Below are positions 1-10,966 of a DNA stretch of 64,000 nucleotides, piece by piece. The notes beneath the pieces were generated by a model. The model worked only from the letters and a program-made list of their open reading frames with translations. It searched no databases and was not told where the DNA came from. Source of the stretch: Candidatus Fermentibacterota bacterium (GTDB lineage Bacteria; JAFGKV01); contig JAFGKV010000063.1 of the NCBI GenBank assembly GCA_016928395.1, forward strand, positions 1 through 64,000, read 5' to 3'. The position numbers and the translations under genes were made by a program. Within the stretch, counting starts at the first letter, position 1; each line of letters opens with the position of its first letter.

Positions 1-290
1 GAGAGACTGCACTGACCTGCCGTCCACGGCAGGTAGCCTACGAGGATGAGTTGTCGATAAACTGTCTGGTCGGCGGGTTGTCAATGCTCTTGATTCATTC
101 TTCACCATACGGTTGGGAATGGCTCGGAGACACCGGGGCAGGCACCGTCGGCTGCCGACTCGAAAAACGCGCCCGCCAGGGGGGAGTGGAGAACGGCCGC
201 GAGGATCGCCGGAAGCCCCGGTCGGTGTCGGTGCATGAATAGCGACAGGAGCACGCGGGTACTGGTTCTTGAGCACAGGAGGAAACGACC

Positions 291-797
291 ATGCGCAACG
301 CTCTGATCCTGGCCTTTGTCGCCAACATCATCCTGACAGTGGCATCGCTGGAGATACTTCCCGACCGAGTGGCCATCCATTTCGGCTCCGGCGGCAGAGC
401 CGACGGCTGGGGTTCCCGGGATTTCCATACCTTGCTCACCCTGATCATGCACGTGTTCTTCTTCTGCGTATTCTACTATGCGCCGCGGTGGGTCACGGCC
501 GTGCCGGCCAGTTGGGTGAACATCCCCAATAAGCGATTCTGGCTCTCCCCGGCCAAGAAGGAGCACACCAAAGAGAAGCTCGCCTCCCTCATGTGGCCCT
601 TCGGCACCGCGTTCTTCCTGTTCTTCCTCGTGACGGGCCTGCTGACGCTCCAGGCCAACCATACCGACCCGCCAAGGCTGGATGAACGCTCGTTTCTGGT
701 GGCACTCGCTCTCTTCCTCGTCTACACGGCGATCTGGGTCGTGGCATGGATCAAGGAGTTCAAGGTGCCTGAAGGAGAACGTCCCCCGCGAGCATAG
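291..797 (+). CDS. DUF1648/SdpI-like small membrane protein
   Basis: N-terminal TM followed by LPDRVAIHFGSGGRADGWGS (DUF1648-type motif), about 4 TM helices; AGGAGG RBS upstream. Confidence 0.75.
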   Translation: MRNALILAFVANIILTVASLEILPDRVAIHFGSGGRADGWGSRDFHTLLTLIMHVFFFCVFYYAPRWVTAVPASWVNIPNKRFWLSPAKKEHTKEKLASLMWPFGTAFFLFFLVTGLLTLQANHTDPPRLDERSFLVALALFLVYTAIWVVAWIKEFKVPEGERPPRA

Positions 798-895
798 CAC
801 TGCTCGTCCCCCGTGTGGGAGCACCGATATGTGGCCACGGCGTTTTCGTGAGAAACCGCCGGTATTGCGAAAGCGTACCCGCCGTGAGCCTTCAG

Positions 896-2503
896 TCACG
901 CACGCGGCGTGCCCGAGGAAGCGACCTGCGATGCCTGCGAGAGATTGGTCTGAGACTCTCCGGGCGTGGCTGATGCCTCCTGCAGCACATCGATCAGCGC
1001 CTGTACTACGTCCGGGTCGAACTGCGTGCCTGACTCTCTTTGTAGCTCCTCCAACGCCTCCTCGGAACTCATGGCGGTCCGGTAGGGCCTGTCATTGGTC
1101 ATTGCGTCATAGGCATCCACCACGGCGATAATGCGGGCCTCGTGGGGAATCTCCTCGCCCTTCAAGCCGAAGTAGCCAGGATAGCGGGCCTTGGTGTCAC
1201 CGTCCCACCGCTCCTGGTGGTACCGAATGAAGGGGATCGCCGGGCTCAGCAACCGCACGCCGTTTAAGATCTCCACACCGACACTGACATGCCGTTTCAC
1301 GACCGAGCGTTCCATGTCGGTCAAGAGAGTGCGTTTGTTCAGGACGTGCTCGGGGATGCCGATCTTACCCACATCATGGAGGATGGCCGCATACCGCAGG
1401 AGGATGAGCCTCCGACCTTCGATGCCCAAGCGCTTCCCGATGGCCACGGTTGTCTGGGCAACTCGCTGCACATGACCCTCCGTGCCTTTGTCCTTGGCCT
1501 CGATGGCAGCCGCCAGGGCCGTAACCACGTCTTCGAAACTCTCCTGAAGGAGCTTCTCGTGGGCGTGAAGGCCATCAACCAAGATGCGGATGCGACCCGC
1601 GTAGAACCCGGTAGTGATTGCGATGACCGTGAACAGCCCCAGATTGAGGTAGCTGGAAAACACGGCTGTGAACATCCCGTCCTCGGGAGATGGCTTCGCC
1701 AGGCGCAGTATCTGCACCAGATACACCAATCCCACAGCGCCATTGGCCACAAAGGCCCCGCCAATACCACCCATGGCGGCACTCAGCAGGACGGGACCCA
1801 CAAAAAAGGCGGCGATCCAGTGCAGGTTCACGCTCCATGACCGGTAGAGGCTCTCCATCGCCACCGCGATAACAATGGCCAGCAATCCCGTCAGCATGAG
1901 CATCCCACGACGCCTAGTCCAGCTGCGAAACAACTCGATGTCGGCTGGCCGCATGAAAAGACTGGGAGTCAGCACCACAAGCAGTGGCAGGCCAAGCACG
2001 ACCACGGTTATCAGATCACCCAGAAACCACGAGCCGAAGGCAAGGGCGATCTGAGAGGTCGTCATGGGGGGGTCGCTCAGGTACACTACACCAGGCACCC
2101 CAATGAGGGATGAGGCGAGCGTGTTCAGTACCATCGCACTGACAATGAGGCGGGTAGTTCGCTCCGTGGTCGTACCCCTGGGCCGGAGCCGGGCCGCTGC
2201 CGGCACCGCCGCCTCCAGGGATGCCGCGGTGGCGAAGAAGAGGATCCTGGGGAGCGTAGTCGAGAGCCCCCACGGAAGAAGCTGGTAGCCGACAAAGGCC
2301 GCCAACACGCCCCACCAGCGAAACAGCACTCCCGCCATCGCCGCAATAGCGGTGGCGGGGAATACCAGGGCCACCCCGGCCGGCACCTGGAATAGGGCGC
2401 CCACCCTGTTGAGCACGGCTATGGATAGCGCTGAGAGAAGGCAGCCGAATATCGTACCGCGCCGTGAACGAAAGAACTTCTCCAAACGACCAACCGGTTC
2501 CAT
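896..2503 (-). CDS. Membrane-anchored HD-GYP-type phosphodiesterase with MASE1-like multi-TM N-terminus
   Basis: EAKDKGTEGHVQRVA, LHDVGKIG, HQERWDG, ARIIAVVDAYDAMTNDRPYR; many TM segments upstream. Start 2503 or 2554. Confidence 0.85.
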   Translation of the reverse strand: MEPVGRLEKFFRSRRGTIFGCLLSALSIAVLNRVGALFQVPAGVALVFPATAIAAMAGVLFRWWGVLAAFVGYQLLPWGLSTTLPRILFFATAASLEAAVPAAARLRPRGTTTERTTRLIVSAMVLNTLASSLIGVPGVVYLSDPPMTTSQIALAFGSWFLGDLITVVVLGLPLLVVLTPSLFMRPADIELFRSWTRRRGMLMLTGLLAIVIAVAMESLYRSWSVNLHWIAAFFVGPVLLSAAMGGIGGAFVANGAVGLVYLVQILRLAKPSPEDGMFTAVFSSYLNLGLFTVIAITTGFYAGRIRILVDGLHAHEKLLQESFEDVVTALAAAIEAKDKGTEGHVQRVAQTTVAIGKRLGIEGRRLILLRYAAILHDVGKIGIPEHVLNKRTLLTDMERSVVKRHVSVGVEILNGVRLLSPAIPFIRYHQERWDGDTKARYPGYFGLKGEEIPHEARIIAVVDAYDAMTNDRPYRTAMSSEEALEELQRESGTQFDPDVVQALIDVLQEASATPGESQTNLSQASQVASSGTPRA

Positions 2504-2963
2504 CTCGCCCTGGGGATAGGAATCCACTACCTTGTCGGCCCCGGGCACACGCATGAAGCACCCCTCGCCACTGGGATGAGAACAGCCACCGGGCAGTTCT
2601 TTGGAAACGCTATCAGTAAAGTGCAGCCGGCCCGTGCCAAATGCAAGGGCGAACGCGCTACAGTGAAAGTGCACGAGAAGGCCAAGTGTTGCACCGCGCG
2701 CCACGCGCTCGGCTTCTGGCTTGCTTCTCTCCGCATTGAGGGTGTTGCGTGCCCGATTGCCGCAAGCGAAACCAAGGCGAAGCGGCATCCGCTCCGGTGA
2801 ACAGCCCTTCCCTATGTGAGAGTGGATTTTCCTACGATCCATTGGCAATCGCTGGTGCACTCCGTTGCACAGTCGAATCTGCAGGTAATCGACCCAGAGA
2901 GCGCTGTTAAGAGCGGCACCGTGTTCTCCCGCCGGCGGGCGACCAGGGGCGAGCATGGACAGA

Positions 2964-3047
2964 GTAGGAGGGCCTCCAGGCCCGACAGGGGTGGCGTGTC
3001 GCGGCTGAAGCCGGTTGCCCCCGCACCGCTGGATGCGGGGCTCCTAC
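2964..3047. repeat. Inverted pair of GTAG-type REP-like palindromes (REPIN-like)
   Basis: GTAGGAGGGCCTCCAGGCCCGA (2964-2985) faces TCGCGGCTGAAGCCG[27-nt insert]CTCCTAC (2999-3047). Confidence 0.55.
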
Positions 3048-3164
3048 AGAGAAGCCACGGGGCCAAGCTCTGCGGCATGCTCTCAGCCTCGGGCAATCTG
3101 AGTGCCCTTGCCTTTAGAGACCCGACTGAACCCTGGTGCCTGCTTGTCTAAGAGAACATGCAAA

Positions 3165-3253
3165 GCTCGCACTCGTGCTCGGCTGCCTCGGCTCGTCGAT
3201 CACGATTACGACGACGACAAGGGCAACGATATCGAGACCGATACCGACCCCGA
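3165..3253. repeat. Degenerate 6-nt periodic tract (TCG-periodic, then CGAnnn-periodic)
   Basis: gctcgc actcgt gctcgg ... cgatca cgatta cgacga cgacaa gggcaa cgatat cgagac cgatac cgaccc cga. Confidence 0.6.
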
Positions 3254-3256
3254 GGC

Positions 3257-3282
3257 GGGCGGAGTCGGAGCTCCGCCCCTAC
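3257..3282. repeat. REP-like hairpin ending in CTAC
   Basis: GGGCGGAG-tcggag-CTCCGCCC-CTAC: 8-bp stem plus GTAG on the minus strand. Confidence 0.5.
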
Positions 3283-3540
3283 GAGGCAACCGTTCCTCGC
3301 AGAGATCTGTAGTCGCCGGTCTATGTGCCCGCCCACTGCGCGGCGCACTCTCACCCCTGAAGAACCTGAGTACGCCCGCGCCCTCAGAGGCCCACCTGAA
3401 CCCTGCGACCTGAGTAGTCCATGCCCACTACCTCGTGGACCCAATCAACACCGTTGCGTGTTGGGATGAGGACATCACAGACTGCTGCCGCTGTGTTCAT
3501 CGCCTCCATAGACATCAGGCGGCGCTCCAGGGAGAACGAG

Positions 3541-6375
3541 GTGGATCCGAGAGAGTGGCTCATCGTCCGGAAAGCGGCGGTGCACAACCTGAAGAACATC
3601 GATGTGGCGATGCCCCGCGATCGGCTGGTGGTCATAACCGGGCCGTCGGGATCGGGCAAGAGCAGCCTAGCCTTCGACACGATCTACGCCGAGGGACAGC
3701 GCCGCTACGTCGAGTCGTTGTCTGCGTATGCGCGTCAGTTCCTGGGTCTCATGGACAAGCCCGATGTGGAGAGCATCGAGGGCCTGTCGCCCGCAATCAG
3801 CATCGAACAGCGCAAACCAGGCCATAATCCCCGCTCAACTGTCGGCACTACCACCGAGATTTTCGACTACCTCAGGCTCCTGTACGCGCGTCTCGGCGCG
3901 CAGCATTGCCCGCAGTGCGGCCGACCCGTGGAGCGCAGGACGGTGGAACAGATGGCTCAGCAGGTTCTCTCCTCCATGAGTGGCGCCCGCATCAGCGTTT
4001 TGGCGCCCGTGGTGCGAGGCCGCAAAGGCGAATACCGGGACCTGTTCGAGAGGCTTGCAGGGCAAGGGTTCGTTCGCGCCAGAGTGAACGGCGGGATACA
4101 CCGACTCGAGGAGATTCCTGGCCTCGCCAAGCACAAGAAACACACCATCGAAGTGGTCGTCGACCGGATTGCCGTGGATGGCGCGGTCAAGTCGCGGCTC
4201 GTCGAGTCGATGGAGACTGCTGCCGGCCTGTCCGGTGGCCTGGTGATCGTCGTGCCTGAGACGGGCGAGGAGGTGCTGTATAGTCGGAACAATGCCTGCG
4301 CCGTGTGCGAACTCTCCTTTGAGGAACTGCAGCCAAGGCTGTTCAGTTTTAACAGCCCCTATGGTGCATGCGACGAATGCAGCGGCCTTGGGGTCACCAC
4401 AGAAATCGATTCCCGTCTTGTCATACCGGATCAAGGGCTTTCACTGGCCAGAGGCGCCATCGCCCCATGGTGCACAAAAGATGGTGGGCTGGATCGGTTT
4501 CGCAGCCAGATGTTGCAGACTCTGGCTTCGGCTATGGGCTTCAGCCTCGAAACGCCCTTCGCCGAACTTCCGCCGGACGCGCAGCATGCGATTCTTCATG
4601 GCACCACCACCCCCCTACGGTTTTCCCTGGCCAGCGAGAGCGGACGGCAGCGGTGGGAGTGGACGGCGCCCTTCGAGGGGGTCATCCCCTTTCTCTCCCG
4701 GCGCTACCAGCAGTCTTCCCCGCGCAGGCGAGCCCTGCTGGAGAAGTACATGAGTATGCTCACCTGCGCCGCATGCGGCGGCACGAGGCTGCGCGCCCAG
4801 AGCCGGGCCGTGCTGCTCCGCGAGGTGCCCATCCACCGGCTGACCGGATGGAGCATCAGCCAGATCCGCGCCTTCTTTGAAGGCTTCTCGCCCGACGCGC
4901 GAGAGCATGCCATCGGAGGGCGGATCCTGACAGAAATTCAGCGTCGCCTTCGCTTTCTCGATGAACTCGGCATCGGCTATCTGACCTTGGACCGGGCCAC
5001 GGGCACCCTAGCTGGCGGCGAGGCCCAGCGGATCCGCCTTGCCAGCCAGCTCGGTTCAGGGCTCGTGGGGGTGCTCTACGTTCTTGATGAGCCTTCCATC
5101 GGCCTGCATGCCAGGGACCAGGACAGGCTCTTGGCCGCTCTTTGCAGCCTCCGCGACGCCGGTAACACCGTGCTGGTAGTCGAACATGATCGCCAGACAA
5201 TGCTCCTCAGCGACTGGGTGGTCGATCTAGGACCCGGAGCCGGGACCCATGGCGGGCACGTCATCTACGCCGGACCACCGGGTGGGTTGGCTGCCCAGGC
5301 AGGATCCCTGACCGGGGACTACCTGGCCGGCCGCCGGCAGATCTTCACACCGGACACGCGCCGCCAGGGAAGCGGCCAAGCCATCGAGGTGGTTGGTGCC
5401 GCGGAGCACAACCTGAAGGATATCACCGCGTGCTTCCCCCTGGGATGTTTCATCTGTGTCACCGGCGTCTCAGGCTCCGGCAAGAGCACGCTGGTGCACG
5501 AAATCCTGCACAAGTCTCTTGCACGAAGACTCCACGGCGCCCGGTCGGTACCGGGGGCCCACCACACGATCCGGGGCGCCGAACACATAGACGGCGTGGT
5601 ACTGGTCGACCAGGATCCTATAGGCCGCACGCCGCGTTCCAACCCGGCGACCTACGCCGGGGCCTTCGGCCCCATTCGCGACCTCTTCGCCAAACTGCCC
5701 GAGGCGCGGGCCCGCGGCTATGGGCCGGGGCGGTTCAGCTTCAATGTCGCCGGTGGGCGTTGTGAAGCCTGCCAGGGAGCGGGCGTGGTCAAGATCGAGA
5801 TGCATTTCCTGCCCGATGTCTATGTAACATGCGAACAGTGCGGCGGCCGTCGATTCGGCGAAGAAACCCTGGCAGTGAAGTACAAGGGCCTCTCCATTTC
5901 CGACATACTGAACACCACGGTGGAGGAAGCGGTCACGCTGTTCGGCTCCTTCCCGGCTATCATCCGGAAGATAGCGGCTCTCCGCGACGTGGGCCTTGGA
6001 TATCTCTCTTTGGGTCAACCAGCCACCACGCTGTCCGGAGGCGAGGCTCAACGGGTCAAGCTGGCCACCGAGCTATGCAAGGGCGGAAGCGGCCGAACGC
6101 TTTACATTCTGGACGAACCTACCACCGGCCTTCACTTCGAAGACATCCGGGTCCTACTCCAGGTGCTCTTCCGGCTGGTTTCCCGCGGGGATACGGTGGT
6201 CGTCATCGAGCACAGCCTGGATGTCATCAAGTGCGCCGACTGGATCATCGATCTGGGCCCTGAAGCAGGCGCAGAGGGAGGCCGCATCGTTGTTGCCGGG
6301 ACCCCGGAGGAGGTGGCCGAACACCCTCGGAGCTGTACTGGTAGATTCCTGAAGGCAGAGCTTGGAAGGGTATGA
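3541..6375 (+). CDS. uvrA: Excinuclease ABC subunit A
   Basis: [36 protein letters not shown], Zn-finger Cys pairs, second ABC module [20 protein letters not shown] start after GGAG. Confidence 0.98.
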   Translation: MDPREWLIVRKAAVHNLKNIDVAMPRDRLVVITGPSGSGKSSLAFDTIYAEGQRRYVESLSAYARQFLGLMDKPDVESIEGLSPAISIEQRKPGHNPRSTVGTTTEIFDYLRLLYARLGAQHCPQCGRPVERRTVEQMAQQVLSSMSGARISVLAPVVRGRKGEYRDLFERLAGQGFVRARVNGGIHRLEEIPGLAKHKKHTIEVVVDRIAVDGAVKSRLVESMETAAGLSGGLVIVVPETGEEVLYSRNNACAVCELSFEELQPRLFSFNSPYGACDECSGLGVTTEIDSRLVIPDQGLSLARGAIAPWCTKDGGLDRFRSQMLQTLASAMGFSLETPFAELPPDAQHAILHGTTTPLRFSLASESGRQRWEWTAPFEGVIPFLSRRYQQSSPRRRALLEKYMSMLTCAACGGTRLRAQSRAVLLREVPIHRLTGWSISQIRAFFEGFSPDAREHAIGGRILTEIQRRLRFLDELGIGYLTLDRATGTLAGGEAQRIRLASQLGSGLVGVLYVLDEPSIGLHARDQDRLLAALCSLRDAGNTVLVVEHDRQTMLLSDWVVDLGPGAGTHGGHVIYAGPPGGLAAQAGSLTGDYLAGRRQIFTPDTRRQGSGQAIEVVGAAEHNLKDITACFPLGCFICVTGVSGSGKSTLVHEILHKSLARRLHGARSVPGAHHTIRGAEHIDGVVLVDQDPIGRTPRSNPATYAGAFGPIRDLFAKLPEARARGYGPGRFSFNVAGGRCEACQGAGVVKIEMHFLPDVYVTCEQCGGRRFGEETLAVKYKGLSISDILNTTVEEAVTLFGSFPAIIRKIAALRDVGLGYLSLGQPATTLSGGEAQRVKLATELCKGGSGRTLYILDEPTTGLHFEDIRVLLQVLFRLVSRGDTVVVIEHSLDVIKCADWIIDLGPEAGAEGGRIVVAGTPEEVAEHPRSCTGRFLKAELGRV

Positions 6376-6597
6376 CCCGGCGAAGAGGGGAATGGTGGAA
6401 GGACTAGCCGGCCGATAGAAAGCAGTCAGCAGTCTGGCCATGACCGAGAACTTGACGAGTAAGAGCTCCCCGCGAAGGAAGGGCCGGATCCGGAAAAGGT
6501 GGCTTCCGCGGGTTCGGTCTGTTACTTTGCGCGCCGCAACAACCATCTGAATAGTTGCGGTCATGCCCCCTGGCCTGATCGCGCATGGGAGGATGCG

Positions 6598-7701
6598 ATG
6601 TCACAGATCAAGAAGACCCAGCTGACTTCTGAACATGAGCGGCTGGGCGGTAAGATGGTGGAGTTCGGCGGCTGGTGGATGCCGGTCCGCTTTCGCGGCA
6701 TCGTAGAGGAGCATCAGGCGGTACGCTCCGGCGCCGGGCTCTTCGATGTGTCCCACATGGGCGAGATTCTCATCACCGGTCCGGATGCCCTCCGGTTCAC
6801 AAACACGATCGTGACCAACAACGTCGAGAAGCTCGAGCCGGATCAGGCACTGTATACCTGCATGTGCTATCAATCGGGAGGTATCGTGGACGACCTACTC
6901 GTCTACCGTCTCCCCGAAGGATACCTCCTTGTTGTCAATGCGGCGAACACTGAGAAAGACTATGGATGGATCGTGGAACATGCCGAGGGCGACATCCAGA
7001 TAGCGAACGAGAGTGACGACTATATCCAGATCGCCTTGCAGGGTCCCCGGGCAGCTGAGATCCTGGCGCCTCTGACCGATGAGAACCTCGATGCCATCCG
7101 TTTCTACCACTATGCCAAAGGCGATGTGACGGGCTTGCCCGCCATCATCTCGCGGACGGGATACACCGGCGAAGACGGTTTTGAGGTGTACCTGAAGGGT
7201 GGAGAGGCGGAGGCTGCCCGCGTGTGGCGCGCACTCTTGGAGCAGGGAAAGCCCTTTGGCCTGGTGCCGATCGGCCTGGGTGCCAGGGACACGCTGCGGC
7301 TGGAGATGGGGTACATGCTGTACGGTAACGACATCACCCAGGACACGACGCCTCTGGAGGCCGGGCTGGGCTGGGTAACCAAGCTCAAGAAGGGCCCGTT
7401 CATTGGCCGTGACGCGCTTCTACGGCAGAAAGAACAGGGCCTTCGAAAGAGTCTGATCGCGTTCACGGTGGAGGGCCGTAGCGCCCCACGCCACGGGTAC
7501 CCGCTCCTGCTGGACGGCGAGACCCACGGGGAGGTGACATCGGGTACGTTCTCACCGTCACTGGAACGAGGCATCGGCTTGGGATATCTCTCCACCGAAG
7601 CTCAGGCTCGCGAGGGGATACTCGCTGTGAACATTCGAGGGAAGTCAGTCCCTGCTTCCCGGGTTTCATTGCCTTTCTACAAGCAGGGCTCTCATCTGTA
7701 A
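6598..7701 (+). CDS. gcvT: Glycine cleavage system aminomethyltransferase T
   Basis: GGKMVEFGGWWMP, GLFDVSHMGE, SRTGYTGEDGFE, GLGARDTLRLEMG. Confidence 0.97.
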   Translation: MSQIKKTQLTSEHERLGGKMVEFGGWWMPVRFRGIVEEHQAVRSGAGLFDVSHMGEILITGPDALRFTNTIVTNNVEKLEPDQALYTCMCYQSGGIVDDLLVYRLPEGYLLVVNAANTEKDYGWIVEHAEGDIQIANESDDYIQIALQGPRAAEILAPLTDENLDAIRFYHYAKGDVTGLPAIISRTGYTGEDGFEVYLKGGEAEAARVWRALLEQGKPFGLVPIGLGARDTLRLEMGYMLYGNDITQDTTPLEAGLGWVTKLKKGPFIGRDALLRQKEQGLRKSLIAFTVEGRSAPRHGYPLLLDGETHGEVTSGTFSPSLERGIGLGYLSTEAQAREGILAVNIRGKSVPASRVSLPFYKQGSHL

Positions 7702-7739
7702 ATCATGCGTGGCACCAGCGGTGCCATCGAGGAGGAATC

Positions 7740-8126
7740 ATGGACGAAGCAATCCGCTGTACCAGCGAACATGAGTGGGTCCGCGCGGAGGAAGGGTTCG
7801 CGGTGGTGGGCCTGACCGACTACGCGCAAGGCGAGCTCGGCGACATAGTCTATGTCGAGCTTCCGGAGATCGGGGCGCGATTCGAGAAGGGAGAGGTGTT
7901 TGGCACCATCGAGTCGGTGAAGTCAGTCAGCGATATCTACTCGCCCATTTCTGGCGAGGTGCATGCGGTCAATCACGAGTTGGAGGCCCATCCGGAACTT
8001 GTGAACCAGGACTGCTATCATGCAGGTTGGATTGTCAAGCTCGACATGTCCGACCCGTCCGAACTGGATGACTTGATGACCGATGCGGAGTATGAAGAGT
8101 TCATTTCGGGAGGCGCTGAGGAGTGA
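7740..8126 (+). CDS. gcvH: Glycine cleavage system H protein
   Basis: HEWV, GLTDYAQGELGDIVYVELP, lipoyl-Lys motif IESVKSVSD. Confidence 0.97.
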   Translation: MDEAIRCTSEHEWVRAEEGFAVVGLTDYAQGELGDIVYVELPEIGARFEKGEVFGTIESVKSVSDIYSPISGEVHAVNHELEAHPELVNQDCYHAGWIVKLDMSDPSELDDLMTDAEYEEFISGGAEE

Positions 8127-9454
8127 GCCGGCTTCCGCTGACCACGCGCGACCGGGAACTGATGCTCTCCCGGATCGGTGTGGATCGCTTCGACGACTTG
8201 CTCCGTCCCATCCCTGAGACTGCGCGCTTCTCGGGGCTGCTTGACCTTCCGCCTTCCCTGGCGGAGGGCGCGCTGGCCCGGCATGTGAAGGAACTCTCAG
8301 AACGGAACGTGCCTGTGCTCAGCTTCATGGGTGCGGGATCCTACGAGCACTTCCGGCCGGCGGTGGTTGACTATGTCTGCGGGCGCCCCGAGTTCCGCAC
8401 CGCCTATACTCCCTACCAAGCCGAAGTGAGCCAGGGGACCCTCCAAACCATCTATGAGTTTCAGACGGCCATCGTGGAACTCACCGGCATGGAAGTCGCG
8501 AATGCGTCCATGTATGAGGGTGGAAGTGCCGTTGCAGAGGCGATGCTCATGGCCGTATCCGCCACCGGTAGATCCTCGATTCTCATCAGTGAGGGGGTCC
8601 ACCCGCTGGTTCGCAGGGTCGTGCATACCTATGCACGACCCAACGGCATCGCGGTGATTCCGGTACCGCTGCACCAGGGCACCACGCCCGACACCGCGGT
8701 TCGCGAACGAGCAGAAGGGGCAGCGGGACTCATCTATCAAGAGCCGAACTTCTTCGGCTGTATCGAGAACCAGCAACGTCTCATAGAGGCGTCCCATGCC
8801 GCGGGTGGCCTGGCCATCGCCAGCGTTGATCCGCTGTCTCTATCCGTTCTTGAGCCGCCCGGCGCTTTGGGTGCCGATATCGCGGCGGGAGAAGGGCAGG
8901 CCCTGGCCGCTCCCGTATCTTTCGGAGGCCCCGGGGTTGGGTTTCTCGCCTGTACTCAGCGACTGATCCGCAAGCTTCCGGGCAGGCTGGTCGGCGCAAC
9001 GGTAGACGGCCAAGGGAGGCGAGGCTTCGTGCTTACACTGCAGGCCCGGGAGCAGCATATCCGACGCCAAAAGGCTACCAGCAATATCTGCACGAACCAG
9101 GCTCTGGTCGCTTTGGGTTTCTTGGTAACGGTCTCGGCCCTGGGCCCCCACGGATTGGCCAACATGGCGAGCCAAGCGACTCAGAAAGCCCATTACTACC
9201 AGCACGCGCTTCAGAAGCGAGGGTTCCCCCTGGCGTTTGACGCGCCGTTCCTTTGGGAGTTCACGGTGCGCACCGGCATACCCGCCGCCACCTATGTGGA
9301 GGGGCTGCTCTCCCGTGGCGTGCTCCCGGGCCTTGATTTGGGCACAGTGTCTCCTGACCTGGCTGAGCGCCTTCTCGTCTACGTATCGGAAATGCGAACC
9401 CGCGAGGAGCTTGATCGTACCGCCGAGCTGATGGGGGAGGTGAGTCATGGCTGA
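8123..9454 (+). CDS. gcvPA: Glycine dehydrogenase subunit 1
   Basis: [44 protein letters not shown]. Confidence 0.96.
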   Translation: MSRLPLTTRDRELMLSRIGVDRFDDLLRPIPETARFSGLLDLPPSLAEGALARHVKELSERNVPVLSFMGAGSYEHFRPAVVDYVCGRPEFRTAYTPYQAEVSQGTLQTIYEFQTAIVELTGMEVANASMYEGGSAVAEAMLMAVSATGRSSILISEGVHPLVRRVVHTYARPNGIAVIPVPLHQGTTPDTAVRERAEGAAGLIYQEPNFFGCIENQQRLIEASHAAGGLAIASVDPLSLSVLEPPGALGADIAAGEGQALAAPVSFGGPGVGFLACTQRLIRKLPGRLVGATVDGQGRRGFVLTLQAREQHIRRQKATSNICTNQALVALGFLVTVSALGPHGLANMASQATQKAHYYQHALQKRGFPLAFDAPFLWEFTVRTGIPAATYVEGLLSRGVLPGLDLGTVSPDLAERLLVYVSEMRTREELDRTAELMGEVSHG

Positions 9455-10904
9455 GAAGATCATCTACGAACTGGGCTCGCCCGGCCGCCAGTCGGTGGAT
9501 CTTCCTCCTCTGGACGTACCCTCCGAGGACGCGGGTGCCATGATCCCTGCGGGTACCCGGCGTGTGAAGCCGCCCATGCTCCCCGAGATCGACGAACTGG
9601 AGTTGATCCGCCACTTCGTCCGCTTGTCCGTACTGAATCATCATGTAGAGAAGGGGTTCTATCCCCTGGGATCGTGCACCATGAAGGCCAATCCACCGGT
9701 GAACGAGGTCTTGGCGGCCCTCCCCGGCTTTGCCTTGGCTCATCCGTGGTGGCCTGCACGTCTGGCGCAGGGATCATTGCGCCTCATGGCCGAACTGGAG
9801 GCAATGCTGGCGGAAATCTGTGGCCTCTCCGCCACGACGCTTCAGCCGGCCGCAGGCGCCCATGGCGAACTCACCGGCCTCATGGTGGTACGGGCCTATC
9901 ATGAGTCGCACGGCAATCCTCGCAAGCGGGTGATCGTGCCAGACTCGGCCCACGGCACCAACCCGGCCAGCGCATCGCTGGTGGGCTATGAGATCGTGGA
10001 GATCAAGTCTGACGGTGACGGCCTGGTGGACTTGGCCGCCTTGGAGAGGGCGTTGGACGAGGACACCGCCGTGTTCATGCTGACCAACCCGAACACGCTG
10101 GGCCTGTTCGAACGCCGCATCTGCCAGATCCAGCAGATGGTCCATGCGAAGGGCGCCCTGCTCTACATGGACGGCGCCAACATGAACGCCCTCCTGGGCA
10201 TCGTCCGCCCGGGTGACACCGGCTTTGACCTGGTGCACCTCAACCTGCACAAGACCTTCTCGACGCCCCACGGAGGCGGAGGACCGGGCGCGGGACCGCT
10301 GGTTGTAGCGGAGAAGTTGGCGCCATTCCTTCCTGTGCCTCGCATCGTTCAGGCAGAGGACGGATCCCTGCGGTGGGACTATGATAGGCCCCAATCAATC
10401 GGCAAGGTCATGACATGGTGGGGCAACTTCGGGGTGCTGGTGCGGGCGTATGCCTACATCCGTTCGCGGGGAGCCCGGGGCCTGGCTCAGGTGAGCGAAG
10501 CCGCCATACTCAATGCCAACTATCTTCTGGCGTTGGTACAGGATCGTTTCGATCTGCCCTACCCTGGCCCGTGCATGCACGAATTCGTGCTCAGCGGCGA
10601 CCGGCAGAAGAAGCGTGGCGTCCGCACACTAGACATGGCGAAACGACTCTTGGACAAGGGCATGCATGCACCAACCATCTACTTCCCGCTGATTGTCAGC
10701 GAAGCCATGATGATCGAGCCGACGGAGACGGAATCCCGGGAGAGCGTCGAGGAGTTCGCGCGCGCGCTCCTCGAGGTAGCCGATGAGGCGGAAGAGAACC
10801 CCGAGTTCGTTCATGCCGCGCCCCACTCGACCCCTGTGGGCCGTTTAGATGAAACCAGGGCAGCCCGCCAGCCTGACCTGGCCTTCAAACGGCCAAAGAC
10901 TTGA
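9447..10904 (+). CDS. gcvPB: Glycine dehydrogenase subunit 2
   Basis: [22 protein letters not shown]-Lys motif [18 protein letters not shown]. Confidence 0.97.
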   Translation: MAEKIIYELGSPGRQSVDLPPLDVPSEDAGAMIPAGTRRVKPPMLPEIDELELIRHFVRLSVLNHHVEKGFYPLGSCTMKANPPVNEVLAALPGFALAHPWWPARLAQGSLRLMAELEAMLAEICGLSATTLQPAAGAHGELTGLMVVRAYHESHGNPRKRVIVPDSAHGTNPASASLVGYEIVEIKSDGDGLVDLAALERALDEDTAVFMLTNPNTLGLFERRICQIQQMVHAKGALLYMDGANMNALLGIVRPGDTGFDLVHLNLHKTFSTPHGGGGPGAGPLVVAEKLAPFLPVPRIVQAEDGSLRWDYDRPQSIGKVMTWWGNFGVLVRAYAYIRSRGARGLAQVSEAAILNANYLLALVQDRFDLPYPGPCMHEFVLSGDRQKKRGVRTLDMAKRLLDKGMHAPTIYFPLIVSEAMMIEPTETESRESVEEFARALLEVADEAEENPEFVHAAPHSTPVGRLDETRAARQPDLAFKRPKT

Positions 10905-10966
10905 CGCAAACGGGGGATGGAAGGCAGGAACACTGCAGGCAGCCGCACCCGCGAGAACGAGGTCGG

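Noticed and set aside
2621-2640. Sigma54 promoter for the HD-GYP gene (minus-strand TTGGCACG...CTGCA)
   Set aside because: GG-to-GC spacing is 12 nt rather than the required 10.
2504-2956. N-terminal 150-aa extension of the HD-GYP ORF
   Set aside because: The composition does not look protein-like; it is probably an open frame running through intergenic DNA.
6376-6597. Glycine riboswitch upstream of gcvT
   Set aside because: An imperfect hairpin is present, but the hallmark GGAGA...CCGAAG...CTCTCAGG elements are not recognisable.
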